Shown one piece after another: positions 42,255 to 54,907 of a DNA stretch of 64,000 nucleotides; the first letter of the stretch is position 1; the number at the start of each line of letters is the position of its first letter. The DNA comes from Prorocentrum cordatum (Eukaryota): contig CAUYUJ010000039.1 in assembly GCA_963575745.1 (NCBI GenBank), forward strand, positions 1 through 64,000. The letters are read 5' to 3'. Position numbers and translations under genes: made by a program. The notes under the pieces are model-generated. The model saw only the letters and a list, made by a program, of their open reading frames with translations. It was not told the DNA's origin and did no database searches.

Positions 42255-42423
42255 GTTTCCCCCCGAAGGCTCTGGGGAGCCTGTCCTCAAACCGCGGGGT
42301 GACAGGCAAAATTACACGGTACTATCACGAGGAGACCTAACTGTTACGGGTGACAGCCACCCTTCCTTTCTCGCGCCCTCACTGTTACGAGCACTCTTCC
42401 TTGCCCTGAAGGGACGTCCTGGG

Positions 42424-45400
42424 ATGGCGGCGGCCGCTGGCGGCGCCGCGGACGCAGGTGCAGGGGCTCGAGTGGCTGGGAGTAACGCCGCTGCGGCTCG
42501 AGGCGAAGGCGGAGTGCTGGCAGCCGCGGGAGGCAGCGGAGGTGCTGGGGCAGCCCCGTGCGCCTCCGCTGCCGCTCCCGCGTCGGCTGGCGTGAACGCA
42601 GCCGACATCCCCGTGGATGGCAACACCGACGTCCACATGCGTGACAGTGAGGGCCAGCCAGCACAGCGGCGGCGCCGCATGACGGGCGGGCGAATCACCC
42701 GTTGGTGTGTCAGCGCCCAGGCGGCTCGCGGCAAGAAGGCTCACTGCACCCGCTGCGTGGGAGGTTTTGAGGCGGGTGAGTGGCGCGTGGCAGGCGTCGT
42801 GACACCACCCGCTGGGTCCCAGGCGCACGCGGGCAGGAAGTGGTTCCACATGGCCTGCGTCGGTGGCCCCCTACCACCAGCTACGGCGATGGTGGGCTTC
42901 ACTCAGCTCCCAGAGGGCGACAGGGATCGCCTCACGGCAGCCCTGGAGGCCCGGGGAGGCCCCATCTTGCCCCTGCTGGAGACAGTCGAAGGCCAGGCCC
43001 CCACCCCTCCCAGCCAGAGAGATGGCGCGGCAGGGAGCACCGGGGCAGCCCCGAGGCTCCCTGCCGCCGCCGCGCCAGGGGCGTACGGCCCAGGCGCGCG
43101 GGGGACTCCCCTGGGGGCGGCCGAGGCAGCGGTGCCGACCACGGCGGACATCCTACAACCGCCACTCGACGCCCCTGCGGAAGCGGACGATGATGGCGGG
43201 CTCGAGACAGGCGTCTACGACGACTACCTGGACGACCAGGTGACGAGCGAGGACGCCTACCACGAGGTCGGTTTCGTCAATCTGGACTGGTGGGATGCCA
43301 TCGGGTGGGACCGCATCCTGCTCCAAGGGGCGCCCACCACAGCCATGATTCCCGACGGCATGGCGGCAGCCGTCAGCCACGTGAAGGTGCGACTGCGTTT
43401 GGCAATCGAGCAGGCACGCCAGGGTAACGATGCTCAGACGTCGAGTACGTTGACGAGGCTGTGGGAGGCGTTCCTGTCGTTGGACGGACTGCTGTTCAGC
43501 GAAAATGCCGACCCCGACGCGCGGCGTGAGCGCCTCCAGGAGCGCCTGCGGTGGATCCAGGACGGCCAGTGGGATGTTGCTTGGCTTTCCATGGAGGACC
43601 AGACGCGCACCGCGGTCACCACGAAGGGCCGCGAGGATCACGTCGCAGCCCGTGTACGCCGTGTCACCGAGCTCGCACGAGCTGGAGAGATGTCTCGGGC
43701 GGCAGCGGCAGTGTGGCCCCAGGGGGACATGGCGGACGCAGCGGCGGTGGTGAGGAAGTTCAGCACCACCCAGCAGCCTGAGGCGCCCCGCCCAGGCGAG
43801 TGGGGCCCTCTCCCTGGCACTGGGGCCGCCCCGCATGGGCCAGGGAGAGGGTCCGCAGGGGCGGGGGCCGACGTGGCGACGCCGCCAGCCGCGGCCCCCC
43901 ACGAGCTCGACGGCGCAGCAGAACTCCACCGCCGCGTGGCCAACCACCTCGAACGTCAGTTTGGCCGCTTCCCCCGCCGTGGAGGGGCGGGGCCTGGAGG
44001 AGGACGCCACGAGCACTGGGCCCCGCTCAAATACGACGAGGATGGGGCAGAGGCGGTGGCCAACACGCTGGCACGACTGGCCATCGGGGACCTCCCCCCC
44101 GAGGCGCTAGCCGCCCTGACGGCGGCGGGCCTCACAGGCATCCCCAAGGCAACCCCTGGGGATGTGCGAGTCCTGGGCTGCGGAAACGTCACCCGCCGCA
44201 TGGTGGGCCGCAGCGCTGCCAAGGTCCACCACAAAGACATGCGGACGGCGGTGGGGGACCAGCAGTTCGGCCTCGCCAAGGACGGATGTGGTGCCCTCCA
44301 TCGGCGCCTATGCACGATGGCCAACTCGAGCCCAGGCAGGTGGGTGGTGGCGGTGGACTTCGGGGATGCGTTCAGCAACATCCCCCGCGACCTGGTGAAG
44401 GAGGCCGTGCGCGCCAAAGTGCCTGCGCTGGCCCCGTTGGCGGAAGCCTGGCTCCCCGCCCGAACACGCCACGTGGCGGGTGGCGGGTCACAACCCGCCC
44501 AGCTGGTCGACCAGATCCGCGGCCTTGACCAGGGCTGCCCTATGAGTCCAGGCTTCTACGCGGTCGGCACTGCGGACGTTCTCAGCATCGGCCGCATGGC
44601 CGTGCGCGCGGTGGACACGGAAGGGGGCTGCTTGGCTTTCTTGGACGACACGTACTTCGTGGGCACCGCGGCCGCTGTGTTCCGCGGCTTGGGTGCGTGG
44701 CGAGCCCGCATCGAGGCCCACGGGATGAAGCTCAAGATGTCCAAGACCCAGATATGGTCCCCCGATCCCCGAGCTGTCCTGCCGCCCGAGTTTGCAGAGT
44801 ACGCCCAATACCGCGCCCAGAAGCTCAAGGCAGTGGGGCCCACCCTGGCCTACACGAACCACGACGTGGACACCGACTGGAGGGGCGACCCGCTCACGGA
44901 CTTCGCCGTCCCAGAGGACCTCGATGAGGGGGGCCGCGGGCAGGCTGGCGGCGCCGGGGCCGCCCCGAGCGCCGCCACGCCACCCCCCTGTGGCGCAGCC
45001 TTCCTCCAGAAGCAGGACCGCTACTTCAAGGAGCTTCTGACGCTACGCAGGCGTGGGCTCTCTGCCTTTGACGCATTCCAGTTGATGCGGATCTGGTCGA
45101 GGGGCGCCTGCGTCCACATCCAGCGGGTGCCCCCGCTCACGGCGGCGTGGAGCCGCAGGGTGGATGATGGAGTGGTCGCCTTCGTCAACGCCCTGCTCGG
45201 GGTCACGGCTGCCCCCCGAGAGCAGATTTCCATGAAGGTCAGCGACGGAGGTCTGGGCCGTGGCAGCGCTGAGCAACGCGGCCCCGCCGCCCTCCTGGCA
45301 TCCTGGGAAGCTGGGATTCACGCGGCAGCCCAGGAGCTCCGAGAGTCGACGACGATCTGCCTCTTTCGGAGGCGGCCAGGCCTTGGCCGTGCCCTCTCAG

Positions 45401-46253
45401 CAGCGGACGAGGAGCAGGGACGGCTGGCGGGCGGCCGTCGCCCTCAGAGAGACCGCTGGCAGGGCCTTCTGGAGGGGCGGAAGGGCACGGACCAGAAGAC
45501 GTACACCCAGCGCGTGCGGGATCACGTCACCAAGACGTTCATGGCTGCGCTGCCAGTGGCGGCAGCGGCGGCGGTGCACAGTGCCTCGGGCAGCTCAGCG
45601 GGCGCCTGGTTGGATAACTTCGAGGGGGTTCCGCCCCTCGCCGACCACGCGTCCTGCATTGCAGCCAAGAGGCGCAGGCACCTGCCGCTGCTGCAGTCCG
45701 AGTGCACGTGCCTGAACCGACCAGCGGCGCCCACGCGCGCGATGGCGCAGCACGGCCCGACGCGCGGCCGCACGGTGGACGTTCGAGGCGTTCATGCGCT
45801 CAACTGTCCCAGGGGAGGCGGTCCGACACGTCGCCACAATGCCATCCGAGACGCCGCGGCGCTCTGGCTGCGCGGGGTGGGCCACCGTGCCCTGCTGGAG
45901 CAGGTCATCCCAGAGTGGTGCACGGAGGAGCAAGGTGCGGCCACACTGGACGTGGTCTACCATCGAGGCATCCATGGCCGAGTTTGCCTCGACATCAGCT
46001 TGGTGGACGAGGCGGCTGTGGCCCAGACGGGGCGGCCACGCCAAGCAGCCCTGCAGCGCAGAGAGAAAGTGAAGCACCGTGGCTGCGCCGTGCCGTAGGG
46101 GAATTGCCTGAGGCCGAGCGACCCGCGGCACGTGCAGCCCTGCGCTCGGCAGTGGCCGACGCCCTGCAGGGCCAAATTGCGGAGCAGGTCGCCCTGGCGA
46201 CGGAGGGCGCAACGGGGCTGGACGCAGGGGCCGCCCCGAGTGTCCAGTCTTGA
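42424..46253 (+). pseudogene. ORF1: PARP-type zinc finger + reverse transcriptase + zinc motif/restriction-like endonuclease; C-terminus frameshifted near 46080
   Basis: CTRC...WFHMAC (42703-42861); RT motifs VDFGDAF, GLDQGCPMSP, AFLDD; CTC...HALNC...RHNAIRD...TLDV...LDISLVD. The terminal helix AVADALQGQIAEQV is in another frame ending at 46253. Confidence 0.9.
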
Positions 46254-46963
46254 CTAGCTATGGCCCCACCCCATTTGCGTGTGCTTACTGACCTTCCCCC
46301 CCCCCGCTCCCGTTCCCGCTGCCCTGGCCAGTCGTCAAAAAATAGTCACATCTGTTGTGCACGCGGTTTTGTTCAGTCCCCTTGTCGCGCGCACAGTGTG
46401 CTTCTGCATTGTCATGTTTGTTCGGCACGCCACGTTGTGTCGCCTCCCCGCTTTGTACATGTTGTGGTCTCGGCATGTCACTCTTTTGATGCTCTTAGTC
46501 TCTGGCTTGAGTTGCTACCGCAGCCCATGTGGACTGAGCCCGCATGCTACAAATAGCACCTGTTCGAGGTTGCTGGCTAAAGAGGCGTCAAGAGGCGTTG
46601 AGGATCGGGGCCGCCCCGCGGGTCCTTGGGCCGTCGGCGGCCCGCCGTCTGCTCTGTCGCCCGCCCGCGACGTGGTTTCCTCGCCCCCCTCCCCCCCTCT
46701 CCTGCCCGTCCAGGGTCCCGAACGGGGGTCAGGCCGTTTTCCACCGGCATAATCAACGGGCCCCACGCACCTGGAGCCTTTGGTTTCAGTCCTTAGTCTT
46801 CCTGTGTTATCTGTGTCCCGCCTTGGCAGTTGGCCGCCCCATTTTGGTTCGGTGTGCAGCCTCCCCCCTTCCCCTCTCTCCCCCGTCAGCTGTTTGGCTC
46901 GAGAGTACCTGTCTCGCACATTCTCTCGAGCTGCACCTCCCGTGCCATCCACCCGACCAAGTG

Positions 46964-49721
46964 ATGGCGCCCAAGTTCTCGAAGCTTGCGCCGACGCCTT
47001 GGCCCGCCAAGGCGTGCGCCGCGGGGGAGGCACCAACCTCCAAAGCAAGGCCGGCCCAGCGCCCTGTCCATCAGGTTAGCTTGTCGGAGAGCGAAGACGA
47101 GGAGTTTGACATGATGTCCGAGGCGGCGACCTTTCGGACGGCACCAACAGTGCACACGGAATCAGCGACCCCCGCTGAGGACGCTGCTGGAGGCGGCGGT
47201 ACGGGGGCCGCCCCCAGTGCCGCCGCCTCCGATAGCGCCTCGGCGATGCCTGCACCAGCGGTGACGCCAGTGACGTCGGCCGCCCTGGCAGCGGCAGCCA
47301 CGTATGCTGACTTCACCACGGAGCAGCGCCGTGGCCTGGATGCGCTCACCCTCGCGCTCCACAACTTTCAGCTGAGGGGGCATGCTGCGGGTGGCCGTGG
47401 CGGCCGCGGGGCGCGCAACGCTGCTGACGGTGAGCGCGCCGTGGACGACGGGACCGCCAGCGAAGCCCCGAGTGCGGCGACCACGGGTGCCCTCAGCGGC
47501 CATGGGGGCAAACGCCACCGCCGACGCAGCAACGACGCCGTCTACGGCCAGGCCCCCCAGTCGAGCGACGGCGCACCAGCCGCGCTTGAAGACGTAGAGA
47601 TGATGACGGAGGAGGACTACGCTGAGGCGGGCTACGCCCACTGCATGGGCGCATACTGGGCCCCGCCGCACCGCCTGGGCTGGCGTCGGAGGTGCACGGC
47701 ACTGGACGACTGGAAGATCATGGCGGTGGAGCACGTGGACGAGCTCAGCTGCGCGGAGATGCGCCGCTATGCGGAGGCCAAGGCACACAGCGATAAATAC
47801 CCCGATCGGAGGAGGGGCAAAGAGGGGCAGTACAAGCTCTACATGTGCTCGAGCTGTGTGGCGACGACGGAGGGCATCTCCGAGCGCGATGCCGCGACGC
47901 GCGCTGCGCGCGCGAATAAGGGCCCAGGCTCCATTGACCATGCCGCCAAGCGGGCGCGAAGTTCCGTGCGAGTTTCGATTACATCAAGGAGGGCATGGAC
48001 GTGCTGGTGGGTTTCGCGCTCTCAGAGGTGGGCTTGCTTGCCTTGCGGAGGTCAACGGGGGGCGTGGGGGCGGGCGTCGACCCCGAGAGTACGGGCGCCC
48101 CCCCCAGCCACGGAAGAAGTGGCGAGGGAGGTGGGCCGCCCGATGGCGAGGGAGGCGGGGGTGGTGCCAGGGCCGCCCCGTGCGCCACCCCCGCCCCTCG
48201 AGGAAGAGCCCCCCAGTGATGAGGAGAACGACCCTCAGCCCGACGCGGACGCGGAGGACTAGGGGCTCCAGCTGACCGAGGTCCAGACCGTGAAGGAGGT
48301 CACGGACATCGAGCCCTTGCTGCGGCTCGGCCTATCCAAGAAGTCGCTGAAGCGCATGGCGCGGGCCGATGGCGTCCTCGAAATCGAGACCACGCGCGCC
48401 CGCATGCTGGGCGGCCTGGGGCCCATCCTGGAAAAGAAGGAGGACATGGTGAGGGGCACCGAGGCGCAGGACGGAGTCCAGAAGTGGCTCGACGCGCTGA
48501 ACGAGGAGGCGGAGGTGGATGTGGGGAGGCTGAAGAGGGGTCTCCTGGAAGCCTCGGGGATCGCAGATGCCCACCTGGGACACAAACGCGCATGGAAAGA
48601 GGAGTGCCAGGGCAACACCTCGGCGCAGGAGGCCTACCGCCGCATGGGCGACTACACGGACCAGTTCTACCGTGACAAGGGCTTCACGTTCAACATGTAC
48701 TACAAGTGCGCGGCCAACAAGACCTGGGATACTCCCAGGGGGTGCTGTTCGGTGATCCGATCGGATCGCTGGTCACAGCTGCTCTCATGCGCCCAGGAGG
48801 CAGCGGGAGAGACGGGCCAGCGCTGGTACTGCCACTGCGGGGCGCGCTACTCGACTTCCTACGGAGTCTGCATCGAGTTCATTGAGGAGGAGGCGGTCCC
48901 GCCACACGCGTACTACATGCACGCGGAGCATCCCGAGGAGGACATCCGCGACTTGAAGGCCCTGCTGCGCTACGACAAGCTCAAGAAGGAGGGGGTCGCA
49001 GTGATCAACGCGGTGGACCTCCTGAAGTACCTGCCCAAGGTTGAGCCGCTGGCGGTTGGCACCGTCTTCAAGCGCCATGCTCCACACCGGGCGCAGTGGG
49101 AGGGCCACTATGTGCTGATGGAGGGGCTCACCTGGGAGAGCTTGCCCACGTTCGAGTGGACCGACCTCTACGCGCAGGTCGCCTGGGGACTGAACGACCC
49201 AGAATGGGCGGGCTACAGCAAGAAGGCGCGGAACAAAGCCAAGAGGGAGCGCCTGGAGATGGCGCACAGGGAGTTGGCGCTCTACGAGCGCCGCCACAAC
49301 CTGAAGGCGGGCAGCCTCTCGGGCGGCGGGGGCGGCGCATGGGGCCGCCCCGCGCGCCACCCCCGTGCGCAACGCCAGCGCCCCACCAGCGGGCGGGGCC
49401 CGCGGCGGCCAGGACCCGCCACCGCCGCCAGCGGGGGTCCCGCCAGAGGCTGCGGCCATCATGGGCCCACCGCCGCCGCCGCCGACGGCGCCCCCTGATG
49501 CGCCGCCGCCGCCGACGCACCCGCCACCGCAGACGGGCCCGCTCCCGCAGCAGACCCCAAGCGCTGCAGCCCTGAACGTGGCCCTCGGCGCAGACCTTGA
49601 GCGCCAGATCTTTGGGCCCTCAGGGCAGGCGGGGGGCAGCGGCGACCTCGGCGGGGAGGCGCGGGCGCTGCCGTCGCAGGTCTTTGCTGCCATCGCGCAG
49701 GGAGCAGGCCAGCAGGCCTGA
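46964..49721 (+). pseudogene. ORF2: disrupted ~900-codon protein of unknown function with Cys/His motifs and Pro-rich tail
   Basis: ORFs 46544-48262 and 48290-49498 share a frame and are separated by a single TAG. Probable start MAPK at 46964. Motifs MCSSC and YYKC...GCC...RWYCHCGARY. Likely frameshifts at ~47960-48190 and ~49350. Confidence 0.7.
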
Positions 49722-50357
49722 GCGATAACGCCCAGCAGATTCCAGGGCCTCGGCAGGCCACGTGAGTCCATGCCAAGTTGTCTAACTGGCCACGTTCTGT
49801 AGTGCGGTGTGCCCACAGCCGCACCCCCCCGCGCGTTGTTGCACCCGTGGCTTTCGCCCCGGCTGGGCGCATGACTACCTGTGCGCCCAGCCACCTTGGC
49901 TCGCCAGCAGGCTTGCCATATCGGCCTCCTCACGTTCACTTGCGTTCGTTGGCCCCGCTGGCGGTGCTGGGGCAGCCCCGTGTACTGCAGCGTCGCCGTC
50001 GGGCGCCTGGCCATTTTGGCCTGCCATATTGGCTTCCTTTCGCGCCTTCTTGCGCTTGTAGGCCATAATGGCGGTACTGGGGTCGCCCCGTGTGCTGCTA
50101 CGCCGCCGCCAGCGCCTGACTTTTTGCTGTAGGGACCAGCTGCCCTCGGCCTGGCGCCTGCTGCTGCATGCACGTCAGACCCGCCCTCGGCTTGCCATCC
50201 TGGCCGCGCCTCGCGTCTTCTCGCGCTAGTCGGCCTGGGTGGCGGTACTGGGGTCGCCCCGTGTGCTGCTGTGCCGTTTCTGGCGCTTCACTTTGGGCTG
50301 TTGGTCCAACTGCCCACTGTACAAGCGCCTGACGATGCAAGCATGTCAGGTCCGCCC

Positions 50358-50623
<266 letters not shown>

Positions 50624-50723
50624 NNNNNNNNNNNNNNNNNNNNNNNNNNNNNNNNNNNNNNNNNNNNNNNNNNNNNNNNNNNNNNNNNNNNNNNNNNNNN
50701 NNNNNNNNNNNNNNNNNNNNNNN
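50624..50723. other. Assembly gap (100 N)
   Basis: Run of N; true size unknown. Confidence 1.
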
Positions 50724-51333
50724 TGCGGACGACCGTGGCTACTATTCAGGGCCCCCCGGCCGACGACGACGGCGTGCGCGCGCGAAGAAAAAACGAATGT
50801 GTCCCGCATGGTATTATTTGACAGGGATGATGGCCCTGGCAGGTGCGCAACCGTTGTGGCAGAAGTTCGAAAAAGTTGCTCGCAAAAGCCCGTTTGACAG
50901 AAGATTAAAAAAGTGTTGGAAGTTTCCCTTTATATATTTACGAATCCGCAAGAGCGCGCGGGATGAAATTTTGACAATTTTGTTTGAAAAACCATTGGTT
51001 TTTTGATGTTTTATGTTAAAATCGCTACGAAAACTAAGGTTTTGGAAGGATTTCGTCTTGCGCGCGCGAATGTCCACTTTACCTTATTTTTTTCAAGGGA
51101 TTCTTGAAGTTTGGTTATGTTAGAACAAGAAATGTCCACTTTAGCTTATTTTTTGCAAGGGAAAGCGGGCCGTAACAAAACAACCGGATCCGGACCAACA
51201 CGTTTTGCCTGAGACTTCCTCACGAAAATGATGAAAATGTGGCTGCGGCCTAGGCGCGGCGGGGGGGTCGTGCACCAGGGGCCCCAACAATAATTATTCT
51301 TTAGAAGTAATAATGTTCAACAACAACAACAAT

Positions 51334-51366
<33 letters not shown>

Positions 51367-53364
51367 AACAACAACAACAATACTTTGAACAACAACAGCA
51401 ACAACAACAACGGCGCCAGAAATGCCAGAAATCGCTCACAACACGGCCAACGAACACTGGGTTTTTCTCCAGAGTGTGCCCGCGGAGTCCAAGACCCGTT
51501 TCCTTCAGAACCAGGCTGCTCCGTGCCAGCGGGGGAAGCATCAGGGGGTCCCAGGGGGTGGGCCGCGGCGTCATGTCAAGATCGCAGCGTGGGACTGTCT
51601 GGAGGCTTCTCGTGTGCACTCTCCCCTTCCCGGGGGATGTCTGGGCCTCCCCGAGCCGGTGGTGGAGCCGAGCCAGGCCGTCTTGCAGCAGCGCGCGGCG
51701 GCCAGGGGACACAACTCGAGAATTGGAACATATACATTACCAGTGGCGGGCTGTTGCTCAATCCCAGGTCTTGGGGAAACCACGAAACATGTGTACACCA
51801 GGGTCCCAAACACACCAGGATCCGCTCTCCAGTGCAAATTCCAGTGCAGGGCCGGAAGAAGCGTTGGTGTGTATAGAGTTCGGTTCCCTAACAACCCTTC
51901 CACGTCGTCTCTCCTCTTCCTTGTCCTCCTCCGCCTCCGCCTCCGCCTCCGCGCCGCGCCGTGGCCTGGCAGCGCGAGGGCGGCCCAGCCGTGGCTCGGT
52001 TCACCACCCGCCAGACCACCCCAACCCAACCCGAAGGCCTCAAGTTTCCCTCCATTTCCAGTGGGGGGGGTCCGGGAATACTGAGAAAACACATATTGAA
52101 CCAGTAAGTACCCCCCACATATTGAACCCGTAATTGCCCCCCCCAACCCGAAGTTGGGGTCTTCGGATTGGATCGGGGTGGTAGTCACCGTCGGTCTGGG
52201 TCAGCGGGCTGTGGCCCGCAATGTTGGAGGGAGTTCTGGGATGACTCGCGGACGAGGATCGCGCCGCTCTGCCGATGCCCAAAGAAGCGCAGGTTTTGCA
52301 CTGAGGCGGTTGGATCTAGCTGCAGGGCCAGCTTCCTCACAGCACCTTCGCGCTCCGTCGCCGAAGGAGGCGACATGCGCGTCATGTTTCTGTTGTACCT
52401 TCACCGATCCGTGGATCTGGTGCTTACGCGCGAGTTCCGCGGATCCGTCACCCATCTTAGCGTGTGCGGGTGCCCGAGGTACATCGGCGAAGGCGGCACG
52501 ACATGGAGCCCGATCTCCCCATTGCCGACGTCGTCGACGCATCGCCGAGCGCCATCTTGGGACGCGACTGCGGTATTGATGTTTGGTTATTCTGGCGCAG
52601 CGCATGTTACCCCCTCCCCGTAACAGTAGCGCTTGGGAGCCAGTCAGTGTCATTGTGTGGTGTTCGGGGGTAACCGTGGTGCTCTCCCCTTACAGCTCCC
52701 ATGCGATCCTGTTGGGAGTTTGTGCGCTTGCCATGGTTGTTCACAGTCTTACTGTTGGCCCTCGTAGGCATCTCTCTGTGCTTGCAGGGGAGTGTGATAC
52801 TACGAGGGCCTGGCACGCTACTGTGCGTTGTGCAGTCTTCCAAGTCATCGCGTGGTATCTCCATGGGAGACCGATCCGTCTAATTGAACATGTACTATGG
52901 GCTCGAGAGATTTCGCAGACTGTCCACTCGACAAGTCGAGGAATCCCGCCGTTCCCATGCACTGATCTGCAGGTCGACAGGTATTTACATTTCTTGCTGG
53001 ACGGTGCGCCAAAACATTTGTCGTGCAGCTCTTGGCTCCACGAGCGCCCAGGGAGAATGGGGGGCAAGGGGGAGGAGAGTGAGAAAGGGGGCTTACTTAC
53101 GGGAGGGGCATCGGAAAGGACGGGACGGGGGGAAGGGCCTGGAGGAGAAAGGAGGGGGGCGGGGGAAGGGAGAGGAGGGGACGGAAGGACAGACGGAATG
53201 AGCAGGAGAGGAGGAGGAGGAGCAGGAGGAGGAGGAGCAGGAGGAGGAGGAGGAGCAGGAGCACGAGGAGGAGCACGAGGAGGAGCAGGACGAGGAGCAG
53301 GAGGAGGAGCAGGAGGAGGAGGAGCAGGGAGGAGGTGCCTGCACTATCCTCCGCTGCATGCCAG

Positions 53365-53423
53365 GCACCCTCCGATTCAACATCGACCCCTTCCAGTGGT
53401 ACGACGACGACGCCATCTGGGAG
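53365..53423 (+). CDS. ABCC transporter micro-exon (G/TLRFNIDPFQWYDDDAIWE)
   Basis: ccag|GC acceptor and GAG|gt donor. Matches the ABCC NBD2 hallmark GTLRxNLDPFxxYxDxxIW. Confidence 0.92.
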
Positions 53424-54177
53424 GTCTGGCCCTTTGCCCCTAACATGTGCCACACATGGATTGCCTTAAGTCGGGCCTGTCCCTCTACAGAGGGGGAATA
53501 TTCAAAACTAGTAAAAAAATAGTATGGGGACAATTTTTGAGTATTTGGGGTCATCTTTTGAGACTTTTTTCCGTATTTTTCATTTTTCGTCCAAAATCCC
53601 CCTGTAGGGACAGGCCCGACATAAGGATTGCCTCTCTCTTCGGCGGAGGACCAACGGCGGCTCGCCCGCCTGGCTCAAATCCGCTCAAGACAGTTTTCCA
53701 GACCCCTCCCATCCTGGAGAGACTTACTGGAACATCAAAAACATAACGAAACGAGGAAGGGGAAGTGGGACAGAGAGAGAGAGAGATGGAAGTGGGAGAG
53801 AGAGAGAGAGAGAGAGAAAAATAGAGAACGAACAAGAGAGAGAGAGAGAGAGAGAGCGTGAGGGAGAGGAACCCCCTGAGTCATGTCGCCGTGGCTGGCC
53901 CCGCGGGGCCGTGGCCGGGCGAGAGGCTCGCCACAGCACGCGAGCGAGGGCGAGAGAGTGGTTTTGGAAAGGCGTCCACGCCGGTCGTTGGAAGTGGGTA
54001 TTTTTTGGATTCCCAGATCCCAACCTACTTTCAGCGCCTTCCTACTTCAAGAGTCGAGTGGTTTTCCCTCTTCCTTCCTCTTCAGGAGGCGGGCGGAAAC
54101 CCAATGTATTTCCAACGCCTTCCTACTTCATGTTTCTACCTACTTCTTCCGACCGACGTGTAGAGATCTCCCGTCGG

Positions 54178-54336
54178 AGGGCACCAACTATACACCAACA
54201 CCGATCCTGGCCCAGGCTCCCCCTGGGCCCAGGATCGGTGTCTATGCCTTCTTGCGCAAGGCAGGAGGGCGTATGCACCGATCCTGGGCCCAGGGTGATC
54301 CTGGCCAGGATCGGTGTTGGTGTATAGTTGGTGCCT
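54178..54336. repeat. ~160-bp near-perfect palindrome
   Basis: GGCACCAACTATACACCAACACCGATCCTGG ... CCAGGATCGGTGTTGGTGTATAGTTGGTGCC. Confidence 0.85.
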
Positions 54337-54859
54337 TCCTATCCCGGACCCTTGTCCCTCAGGACCATTCGGGAGCCTTGAGACGGGGGTCAACGCCAAC
54401 GGGGGTCAGCCAGAGCGCCCCGACCTTGCAGGATCCTGCAGGGCCAGGGTCGCATTTACCCGGGCTTGGGTTTGGGCGCAGGATCCTGCAGGATCTTGCA
54501 GGATCCTTCGCATTGACCCGGGTTTGGGTGCAGGATCTTGCAGGATGTTGCAGGATTCTGCAAGGCCTGACTGACCCGGGTCTTGATTGACCCGGGTCAG
54601 AGGACCCCCGAACCATGTGGCCTCATAGCAGAGCTTGTAGCGGGATCCGCGCCCAATTCGCACATGGTCGATTTCCCGTTGGCCTGTACGTGAAGAGAAC
54701 CATCGTCGGGTGCCTGTTCTTTGTCAGGGAGCTTTTTCGGAGGATGGTAGTTTCTTCGACTCCACCTCTATCCCCTCACCCCCCCTGCCACGAAGAGGAG
54801 CAGAATGCTTGGCCCAGTTCCCAGGCAGCCCCCCTTCCGGGCCCGCCCGCGTGACCCAG

Positions 54860-54907
54860 GCGCTGGAGCTTGTGCACATGGCGGACTTCGTGAAGTACGA
54901 GCTGAAG
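54860..54907 (+). CDS. ABCC transporter micro-exon (ALELVHMADFVKYELK)
   Basis: ccag|GCG acceptor and AAG|ga donor. 48 nt, in phase with both neighbours; matches ALExVxLxxFV. Confidence 0.88.

Larger units (their letters stand above)
42255..50357 (+). mobile_element. CRE-like (RLE-type) non-LTR retrotransposon with downstream ORF, embedded between (AGT)n tracts
   Basis: RT and RLE motifs in ORF1. Unique sequence begins right after the (AGT)n at ~41263-42254 and ends right before the (AGT)n at 50358. No tail separates ORF1 from ORF2. Confidence 0.8.

Noticed and set aside
42255..42423. HDV-like ribozyme in the retroelement 5' UTR
   Set aside because: Hairpins exist (GCCTGTC/GACAGGC; CTGTTA/TGACAG), but I could not assemble the double pseudoknot by eye. 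A descriptor search is needed.
42424..46098. Bacterial RT system (retron, group II intron, DGR)
   Set aside because: The RT is followed by a zinc motif and RLE endonuclease typical of eukaryotic non-LTR elements, in a dinoflagellate context.
54200..54216. CCGATCCTGGCCCAGG as a relict SL
   Set aside because: Weak match, part of a palindromic element, and no downstream CDS.
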